In this document: positions 38,660-45,524 of the stretch, one piece after another
Position numbering within the stretch: the stretch's first letter is position 1
Layout: each line of letters starts with the position of its first letter
DNA from: Minisyncoccota bacterium
GTDB taxonomy: Bacteria; Patescibacteriota; Minisyncoccia; Phycocordibacterales; UBA9973
Length of the DNA: 64,000 bases
Assembly: GCA_028718635.1 (NCBI GenBank)
Contig: JAQULK010000001.1
Coordinates: forward strand, 152,626 to 216,625
Direction of reading: 5' to 3'
Notes under the pieces: model-generated
Seen by the model: the letters and a program-made list of their open reading frames with translations, nothing else
Told to the model about the DNA's origin: nothing
Databases searched by the model: none
Position numbers and translations under genes: made by a program

Positions 38660-39628
38660 CTATCTCAGAATCAAATTAAATAAATACCCAGTGAACATAA
38701 TTCCCACTCCCACAATTCCGGCAAATATAAAAATAAGTTTCGTTTTCATAACTTTCTTCAAGATCATAAATTCCGGCAAGGATAGGCCCGTAACAGACAT
38801 CATAAATGCCAGAGTTGTGCCGATGGACACTCCTTTTTCAGTCAAAGTAGACACAAGGGGAATAACTCCGGCTGCGTTTGAATATAAAGGAATGCCTATG
38901 AGTACAGCGAGCGGTACAGCGTACCATTTATCACTTCCTGCATATTGAGCCAAGAAATCAGCGGGAACATAACCGTGTATCCAAGCGCCAATCCCGATAC
39001 CTATTAAAATATAAACCCAAACTTTTCTTAAAATATCTAAAGTGTAATCTCTCGCGTAAAGGATTCTTTCTTTTTTGGTCATTATTGGCAGGCTTCCATT
39101 TTTATTTATTATGTTCTCGTAAACAAACGGTTCAACTAAATTTTCCACTTTCATTTTGCTAATAATAATTCCTGAAAGAATTGAAATAACGAGTCCGCTC
39201 ACTACATACATCAAGGCAATCTTCCAGCCGAACATTCCTAAAAGCAACACGAGAGCCACTTCGTTTATCATCGGGGAGGCTACTAAAAAAGAAAACGTTG
39301 TCCCGAGCGGAACTCCTGCTTGAATAAAACCCAAGAACAATGGAATAGCGGAACAAGAGCAAAAAGGCGTAATTATTCCCAAAAGCGAAGCAATGACATT
39401 TCCCATATATTTACTTTCGCGGGAAAGAATAGTCCTTATCTTTTCTGGCGGTAAATAAGAACGGATTATTGAAACGATAAAAATAATAACTGAAAGCAGG
39501 ATAATTATTTTTAAAGTGTCATAAATAAAAAAATTAACTGCGCTGGCTTTTAATGTGCTGGGAATTATTTTAAAAACAGAATATGTAAACCAATCAGCTA
39601 ATAATTGTATGGGATAAAATATATTCAT
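38660..39628 (-). CDS. ArsP/DUF318-family permease
   Basis: TPFCSCS.IP, ASPMINE, GIPLYSN, LSLPE. Confidence 0.88.
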   Translation of the reverse strand: MNIFYPIQLLADWFTYSVFKIIPSTLKASAVNFFIYDTLKIIILLSVIIFIVSIIRSYLPPEKIRTILSRESKYMGNVIASLLGIITPFCSCSAIPLFLGFIQAGVPLGTTFSFLVASPMINEVALVLLLGMFGWKIALMYVVSGLVISILSGIIISKMKVENLVEPFVYENIINKNGSLPIMTKKERILYARDYTLDILRKVWVYILIGIGIGAWIHGYVPADFLAQYAGSDKWYAVPLAVLIGIPLYSNAAGVIPLVSTLTEKGVSIGTTLAFMMSVTGLSLPEFMILKKVMKTKLIFIFAGIVGVGIMFTGYLFNLILR

Positions 39629-39666
39629 AAATCTGTGAAACTTCTTTATTTAATTTAATTCGTTTG

Positions 39667-39751
39667 CGGAAACGGTGAGATTCGAACTCACGGTGCCTTG
39701 CGGCACTCTTGTTTTCAAGACAAGTGCGTTAGACCACTCCGCCACGTTTCC
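39667..39751 (-). tRNA. tRNA-Ser(TGA)
   Basis: CTTGT-CTTGAAA-ACAAG anticodon arm; long variable arm. Confidence 0.95.
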
Positions 39752-39762
39752 GTCTTTTATGA

Positions 39763-40275
39763 CTAGTTCAGTATAGCTATTTCAGGTTTTTTCTCAAGTT
39801 TATTTTTTAACCAGCTGTTTTTTAAAAAATGTTCTTCATAATGACAATTTGGGCAAATAAGCTCTAAATTTTTGAGTTCATTATTATTTCTATCTCTGTT
39901 TTTATGATGAACTTGCAATATTTCATATTTATCATAATCACATTTCTCGCATTTTTTACCTCTTACTTTTAGCAATCTAAGTTTCAAAAGTTGTTGAGAC
40001 TTTACTTTGCTTTTTGAAGGTCTTCCGATTTTATATTTTATGCCTGTTCTGTATTTATTTGCACAACTTCTGCTACAAGTTTTTTTATTTAGGCCAGTCA
40101 AAATTAATTTTCCACACATTGAGCAGGGGATTTCTTTTCTAAGAGAAATACCATAACAAGCAGGACTACAAAAGACTCGACCCTTATTTGCTGCTATCTC
40201 AGAAGGTCTTCTATAAATTTCTTTTTTACAAATACTGCAATTAGTATTTGGATTTCTTTTATATGCCTCAGCCAC
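39763..40275 (-). CDS. HNH endonuclease with N-terminal CxxC..CS..C zinc fingers
   Basis: CEKC..VHHKNRDRNNNELKNL..ICPNCHYEEH. Confidence 0.9.
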   Translation of the reverse strand: MAEAYKRNPNTNCSICKKEIYRRPSEIAANKGRVFCSPACYGISLRKEIPCSMCGKLILTGLNKKTCSRSCANKYRTGIKYKIGRPSKSKVKSQQLLKLRLLKVRGKKCEKCDYDKYEILQVHHKNRDRNNNELKNLELICPNCHYEEHFLKNSWLKNKLEKKPEIAILN

Positions 40276-40300
40276 TCATCCAGTATACCACAAAATTTGC

Positions 40301-40338
40301 ATCAAAAAATACCCCAGTTGGCTGGGGTATTTTTTGAT
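40301..40338 (-). terminator. Intrinsic terminator
   Basis: aaaaaataccccag-ttgg-ctggggtatttttt. Confidence 0.7.
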
Positions 40339-40341
40339 TAT

Positions 40342-40599
40342 TTATTTAATTTCAGTTTTGTTGGCGGTTAGAATTTCTTTTATATCTGCCCATTTCTTTT
40401 TAGAAACGTAAAAGATATAAATAATTTCTAAGATACCGACGGTGTTCAATACAAGAAGCGCAAGAAACCACCCTTTTTGATTATTTTTGGAGGCTGTCCA
40501 CAAAGCGCAACCTTTCCAAAATAGAGACCATATTAAAATTGGTAATAATAGACCCCAACCCCAACCGCTATTCATAAACAATGGATTAAATTGATTCAT
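40342..40599 (-). CDS. Small membrane protein (DUF5652-like)
   Basis: WSLFWKG.ALW.A..N.QKGWF..LLV.NT.GILEIIY. Confidence 0.75.
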   Translation of the reverse strand: MNQFNPLFMNSGWGWGLLLPILIWSLFWKGCALWTASKNNQKGWFLALLVLNTVGILEIIYIFYVSKKKWADIKEILTANKTEIK

Positions 40600-40634
40600 G
40601 CGGTATATTATAACAGATAATTATTTTTGTGCTA

Positions 40635-40703
40635 CCCCGACACTTATTTTTGCAAGGTGCCAAGGGCACGCAACAAAGTTGCATTGCAAAGATAAGTGTG
40701 GGG
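40635..40703. mobile_element. CACACTTAT/ATAAGTGTG element in the ruvX promoter region, flanked by a GTGCTA duplication
   Basis: ccccgacacttatttttgcaa..ttgcaaagataagtgtgggg; gtgcta at 40629-40634 and 40704-40709. Confidence 0.75.
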
Positions 40704-40720
40704 GTGCTAGTATTCTCAAT

Positions 40721-41179
40721 ATGAATACAGGGAGATTTTTGGGAATTGATTTTGGGACAAAAAGGATAGGAGTGGCTATTTCAGACGAAAATCACACCTT
40801 GGCTTTTCCAAAAGAAATCGTTTTGAATAACCCAAATACTTTTAAAAAGCTCGGCGAGATAATAAAAAAAGAAAAAGTGGCAGAAATCGTGGTCGGAGAA
40901 TCTGTGGATTTTTCAGGGAAATTAAATGCTTTATCCGGTAGGATTGAAGTTTTTATTTTGGAATTGAAAGAGCATTTCAAATTGCCGGTGCATAAGCAAA
41001 AAGAATTCTTAACTTCAGTGGAGGCTCGCCGATATGAAGATCTTGGCGGGCAAGCTAGAAAATCTAATGCTCATAGCAGATTGAAGCAAATAAAGTCTGG
41101 CCGAATAGATGCCTCCGCGGCGGCTCTCATCTTACAGCGATATTTAGATAAAATAAATATCGTAAATCATGAAACATAA
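40721..41179 (+). CDS. ruvX: YqgF/RuvX-family nuclease
   Basis: LGIDFGTKRIGVAISD, EFLTS.EA, IDASAAALILQ.YLD. Confidence 0.92.
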   Translation: MNTGRFLGIDFGTKRIGVAISDENHTLAFPKEIVLNNPNTFKKLGEIIKKEKVAEIVVGESVDFSGKLNALSGRIEVFILELKEHFKLPVHKQKEFLTSVEARRYEDLGGQARKSNAHSRLKQIKSGRIDASAAALILQRYLDKINIVNHET

Positions 41180-41277
41180 ACTTTTCTTCGGTACGGATTT
41201 TTTGAAGCTTAAAAAATCCTGAAGTTCTCGGCTCGCCAGCCTCGAAACCCCTGCGAAAAGTTATGTTTCGTGATTTA
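41163..41277 (+). mobile_element. Armed element, core type A, overlapping the ruvX stop codon
   Basis: IR taaatcatgaaacataaacttttc / gaaaagttatgtttcgtgattta; 38-bp core identical to 18834-18871. Confidence 0.85.
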
Positions 41278-41302
41278 GAGACAAATAGGTTATAATATTT
41301 GT

Positions 41303-42400
41303 ATGTCTGGTAATTTATTTAATAAATTCCTTCTAAGATTTTTTCCTTTGCCTAAATTTCTTTCTGAACCTTTTTTTGGTTTAGATATTTCAGATGAATC
41401 CATAAAATTCGTAGAGCTTGTTTCCACTAAAAATGGTATTCGAGTGGGGAAGTATGGAGAGCGAAGTATCCCCCAAGGAGTCATCGAGTCGGGGAAAATA
41501 AAAGACTCAAGAAAAATGGAGGAAATTCTCTCAGCGCTCCGAAAAGAAGAAAAAATAAAATACGTTCGGGTTTCCTTGCCGGAAGAACAAGCGTACCTTT
41601 TTCCGCTTAAATTAGAAAAAAACGGTTTGAAAAATGTCCGAGAGGGAATCGAGCTTGCCCTTGAAGACCATATCCCGATTTCGGCCCAGGATACAATTTT
41701 TGATTACGAAATAGTTAGTGAAAATGTTAAAAATCTGGAAGTTCAAGTCACCGCAGTTCCTCAAAATATAATTAAAAATTACTTATTGATTTTTAAACAG
41801 TCTAATATATCAGTCAAATCATTTGAACTCGAAGCACAGGCAGTTTCGAGAGCGGTTGTAAAAAAGGGAGATATGGATACTTATATGATCGTGGATTTTG
41901 GCAAAAGACGAACCGGTATTTTTATTGTTTCCAGAGGTATCGTGGTATTCACATCCACTCTCGATTTGGGAGGAATGACGCTGACCCAGATGATTCAGAA
42001 AAATTTCAACATTAGTTTCGAAGAAGCGGAAGAAAAAAAGGAAAAGTACGGGTTGGAGCGAAATGCGGACAATAAAGAAATATTCTCAGTGCTTTTAAAC
42101 AGTGTTTCCATTTTGCGGGACGAAATAGTAAAACACTTTTTATATTGGCAGACGCATAAAGACGAGGAGGGGAAAAATAATCCACTGATAAAAAAGATAA
42201 TTTTTTGCGGAGGAGATGCCAATTTAAAAGGGTTGGCTGATTACATTTCTATCAGCATGAAAAGTACTGTGGAGATGGCAAACGTCTGGACTAATATATC
42301 AAATACAGAAAATTATATTCCGGAAATGAGTTTCAAGCAGTCGCTTTCATTTGCTACAGCTTTAGGGTTGGCGCTCGGGGATTTTGATAAGAATAATTAG
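41303..42400 (+). CDS. pilM: Type IV pilus assembly protein PilM
   Basis: GLDISD.SIK, VDFG...T, GG..LT, CGG.ANL.GL, ATALGLAL. Confidence 0.9.
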   Translation: MSGNLFNKFLLRFFPLPKFLSEPFFGLDISDESIKFVELVSTKNGIRVGKYGERSIPQGVIESGKIKDSRKMEEILSALRKEEKIKYVRVSLPEEQAYLFPLKLEKNGLKNVREGIELALEDHIPISAQDTIFDYEIVSENVKNLEVQVTAVPQNIIKNYLLIFKQSNISVKSFELEAQAVSRAVVKKGDMDTYMIVDFGKRRTGIFIVSRGIVVFTSTLDLGGMTLTQMIQKNFNISFEEAEEKKEKYGLERNADNKEIFSVLLNSVSILRDEIVKHFLYWQTHKDEEGKNNPLIKKIIFCGGDANLKGLADYISISMKSTVEMANVWTNISNTENYIPEMSFKQSLSFATALGLALGDFDKNN

Positions 42401-42404
42401 TTAT

Positions 42405-42947
42405 ATGATTAATTTAATTCCAAAAGAAGAAAAAAAGGAGAAAGTCATAGATTTCTATTTTAGGCTTGTGATTTTATTTATAGCCATGCTGGATTTTTGT
42501 ATTTTGGTCGCCTTTTTCTCTTTGCTCCCATCCTATTTTATTTCTTCTGTAAAACATTCCTTGACCAGCGCAAGGTTGGAAAATCAAAAATTAGAACCAC
42601 TGCCTCTTCAAGGAGAGGATTCCTTGGTTTTATTAAAAGACATAAACAATAAAATTACCCTAGTCGAAAAATTTGAAAAAAATAAATTTCCCCTCTCTGT
42701 CAAAGTGATCAATGCTATTCTCTTAAACAAAAGACCCGATATTAAAATCACGGAAATTTCATATGAAAACAACGGGACAAGCGAGAAAAAAATAAGCATT
42801 ACCGGCGTCGCGCCGTCTCGCGAAGTCTTGCTTTTATTCCGCGAGGCATTGGAAAACAGTTCGTCTTTCAAGAATGTCAATTTGCCGATTTCAAATTTTG
42901 TGAAAGGATCCAATATCAATTTCAATTTGAGCTTAACCCCTTCATAA
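42405..42947 (+). CDS. PilN-like protein
   Basis: MINLIP N-terminus, one TM, follows pilM. Confidence 0.75.
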   Translation: MINLIPKEEKKEKVIDFYFRLVILFIAMLDFCILVAFFSLLPSYFISSVKHSLTSARLENQKLEPLPLQGEDSLVLLKDINNKITLVEKFEKNKFPLSVKVINAILLNKRPDIKITEISYENNGTSEKKISITGVAPSREVLLLFREALENSSSFKNVNLPISNFVKGSNINFNLSLTPS

Positions 42948-42960
42948 TCACAATAGAACC

Positions 42961-43500
42961 ATGAAAAATAATTTTCAAAAAATATTAATACTCATTTCCA
43001 TAATACTTTTGTTTTTGCTTTCTTTTGCTTTTGTATTTACTTATCAAAAGATTAATGACAATAATCAAAAAACAGAGCAAGATACGATAAATTTAAAAAC
43101 AGAGACGCTCCGACGCGACAACATCGCCTCTCTTGATCAGTCTCTTCAAAAAATCGCCCCCGATAGGATTTCGCTTGAAAACCATTTTATCAAAAGTTCG
43201 GATATTGTCCCTTTTTTGAATATGATCGAAAGGTTGGGAGAGGAATCAGGGGTTTCGACTGAAATCAATTCAATCAGTACCAAGACGGACAACACAGAAC
43301 TGACGGTTGAGTTAAGGGCAGCAGGCAGGTTTGAAGGAATCTATAAATTTCTAACGCTCTTAGAAAATTCTCCATACGAACTTGATTTTACCTCAATGAA
43401 CATCCATAAAGCCGGCTCCTCCAGCGCAACTGATAAAAATGCCAAAGGTCCGAATTGGGAGGCCGTTTTTAAAATTAAACTTTTAAGCTTTATTCCATGA
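42961..43500 (+). CDS. PilO-like protein
   Basis: N-terminal TM, G.F....FL..LEN motif, operon position. Confidence 0.7.
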   Translation: MKNNFQKILILISIILLFLLSFAFVFTYQKINDNNQKTEQDTINLKTETLRRDNIASLDQSLQKIAPDRISLENHFIKSSDIVPFLNMIERLGEESGVSTEINSISTKTDNTELTVELRAAGRFEGIYKFLTLLENSPYELDFTSMNIHKAGSSSATDKNAKGPNWEAVFKIKLLSFIP

Positions 43501-43808
43501 ATAAAATAAATTTATTTAAAAAAGAGAAAAGTTTTAAGAAAAAAGATTTAACTTTCCATTCCAGTTTGTATTGGAGAATTATTCTTTTCGTTGCAGCTAT
43601 TATAATTCTTTTGTCTTTTATTTTCGGTTACCGTCTTTTCCTCCAAATAAATCAAGATCCTGCTTTGCCAATTGGAGACAATAGCGGACAACTTCCTTTG
43701 GTTAATAAAGACCGCATTGACAAGGCGTTGAATTATTTTTCCGAGAGAGAAAGCAAGTCGACAGAAATATTAAATTCTCCTGCGCCTATCGTTGACCCTT
43801 CGTTGTAA
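43497..43808 (+). CDS. Single-TM hypothetical protein closing the pilMNO operon
   Basis: ATGA overlap with the pilO-like gene. Confidence 0.65.
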   Translation: MNKINLFKKEKSFKKKDLTFHSSLYWRIILFVAAIIILLSFIFGYRLFLQINQDPALPIGDNSGQLPLVNKDRIDKALNYFSERESKSTEILNSPAPIVDPSL

Positions 43809-43850
43809 AAATGGTAATTTGAATAGGTGTTGAGAGGTAAGATTAATATT

Positions 43851-43873
43851 TGCGCGGTTAGCTGTTTTGGTAG
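43851..43873 (+). repeat. Degenerate copy of the tRNA-Val 5' end
   Basis: tgcgcggttagctgttttggtag vs tgcgcggttagctcagttggtag (20/23). Confidence 0.75.
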
Positions 43874-43924
43874 GTCGTTAACTTAGAGTTAGTTATTAGG
43901 TAATTTTTTTGACAGTATAAATAT

Positions 43925-44000
43925 GCGCGGTTAGCTCAGTTGGTAGAGCAACTCATTTACACTGAGAAGGTCGGGGGTTCAAGTCCCTCACCGCGCACCA
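43925..44000 (+). tRNA. tRNA-Val(TAC)
   Basis: Anticodon loop TTTACAC; encoded CCA. Confidence 0.95.
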
Positions 44001-44011
44001 GAATAGAACTT

Positions 44012-44419
44012 ATGGAAAAATATCACAAAGAAAAAAGTAAAATAGAAAGGTGGTCGCCACAGGCAGAGGAAATAGAAAATTCAAAAAGAGAAATAAAAAT
44101 TCTTGCAAATAAATTAGTTGTTTTAGAAGATGAAATTAAAGTTTTGGAAGATAAAATGGTTGGAGTGAAAAATAAACTGAAAGGAATTATGCCTATGTCT
44201 AAAACCGGTAAAGAAAAAGAATTTAAAACTTTTAACTGTCATTTGAGGGAGCGGGAGGACTTTATCCAAAAAGAAATAGATAACAAAACGGAATTAATGA
44301 CGCTCTATAATATGGAGATGGAGGCTTTAGGGGTGTGGATTAATGGATTGCGAATGGATGAAAGAGTGGAAGATATTTTGTTTTCCGCCCAAGAAAGCCC
44401 ATCTAATCTTGAGAACTAA
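44012..44419 (+). CDS. Hypothetical coiled-coil protein
   Basis: ORF restarted at the ATG after the tRNA; Glu/Lys-rich heptads. Confidence 0.55.
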   Translation: MEKYHKEKSKIERWSPQAEEIENSKREIKILANKLVVLEDEIKVLEDKMVGVKNKLKGIMPMSKTGKEKEFKTFNCHLREREDFIQKEIDNKTELMTLYNMEMEALGVWINGLRMDERVEDILFSAQESPSNLEN

Positions 44420-44648
44420 TATTTTATAATTTCGGTCCTGACAAATTCCGTTCAGCTTGATGGCTATATAAAAGATATGCGTCGACGTGATAAGGAACTT
44501 TCTAAAGGGTGGGGGCAAATTGCCACCCCCCTTTCGGTAGAGACAAAAGGTGGTAAACAAATGCTAAATTGCGCAAATTTGCAGGGTGTTTTCCGTATCA
44601 TTTGCGAATAGTGTCAGTGTGGGGATAAAAATGTAGTATAATAGATTT

Positions 44649-45476
44649 ATGGACAACGAAATCAAAATAGCCATTTTCAAAGGCAAGGAAATCAGAAAAA
44701 TCATTTATAATAATGAATGGTGGTTTTCGGTTGTGGATGTTATTGAAGTTTTGACGGATAGCGTCAATCCTCGAGATTATTGGTATAGAATGAAAGCAAG
44801 AGTTAAAGATGAGGATGGGGTTGAGTTGTCGACAATTTGTCGACAACTGAAACTGCAATCTTCCGACGGGAAATTTTATGAAACCGACTGTGCCAACACC
44901 GAAGGCTTATTTCGAATTATTCAGTCCATTCCTTCTCCTAAAGCCGAGCCACTAAAAAGATGGCTTGCCAAAGTGGGCTATGAACGAATTCAGGAAATTG
45001 AAGATCCTGAATTAGCCACCAAAAGAACACGAATTTTATACAAACTCAAAGGCTATCCCGACAACTGGATCGAAAAAAGAATGCGAGGCATCGCTATCCG
45101 CGAAGAATTGACAGACGAATGGAAAAAACGAGGAGCCAAAGAGCAACGGGAATACGAAATTTTGACAGCGGAAATTTCCAAAGCGAGTTTCGGTGTTACT
45201 CCGAGCGAATACAAAAAACTAAAAGGATTAAAAAGGGAAAACCTGCGTGACCATATGGACGATTTTGAACTTATCTTTAATATGCTCGGCGAAAGAGCTA
45301 CAACTGAAATACACAGAACTGAAAATTCCCAAGGTGTGGTAAAATTAAAAGCTGATGCTAAAGCTGGTGGCAGTATTGCCGGTGGGGCCAGGAAAAAACT
45401 TGAAAAACGATTAGGCCGGTCCATTGTTTCTAAAAACAATTTTAAGTTGTTAAAAAATAGGAAAAGGTTAAAATAA
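44649..45476 (+). CDS. Bro-N domain (phage antirepressor-like) protein
   Basis: IRK....EWWFSVVDVI..L, QSIPSPKAEP.K.WLA, NLRDHM. Confidence 0.88.
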   Translation: MDNEIKIAIFKGKEIRKIIYNNEWWFSVVDVIEVLTDSVNPRDYWYRMKARVKDEDGVELSTICRQLKLQSSDGKFYETDCANTEGLFRIIQSIPSPKAEPLKRWLAKVGYERIQEIEDPELATKRTRILYKLKGYPDNWIEKRMRGIAIREELTDEWKKRGAKEQREYEILTAEISKASFGVTPSEYKKLKGLKRENLRDHMDDFELIFNMLGERATTEIHRTENSQGVVKLKADAKAGGSIAGGARKKLEKRLGRSIVSKNNFKLLKNRKRLK

Positions 45477-45509
45477 AATCAAACTATGCCTTACACAAAC
45501 TTCAAAATC

Positions 45510-45524
45510 GAGAGAGAGAGAGAG
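45510..45524 (+). repeat. (GA)7G microsatellite between the ATG at 45486 and the 872-aa ORF
   Basis: gagagagagagagag; the upstream ATG is 38 nt away, so it is out of frame by one GA unit. Confidence 0.85.

Noticed and set aside
39763-40275. HNH genes as tRNA intron-encoded proteins
   Set aside because: The adjacent tRNAs are complete and uninterrupted.
40598-40720. N-terminal extension of ruvX
   Set aside because: It reads through the promoter and a palindromic element; the family motif starts at 40721.
43940-44011. N-terminal part of ORF 43940-44419
   Set aside because: It is a translation of tRNA-Val; the start was moved to 44012.
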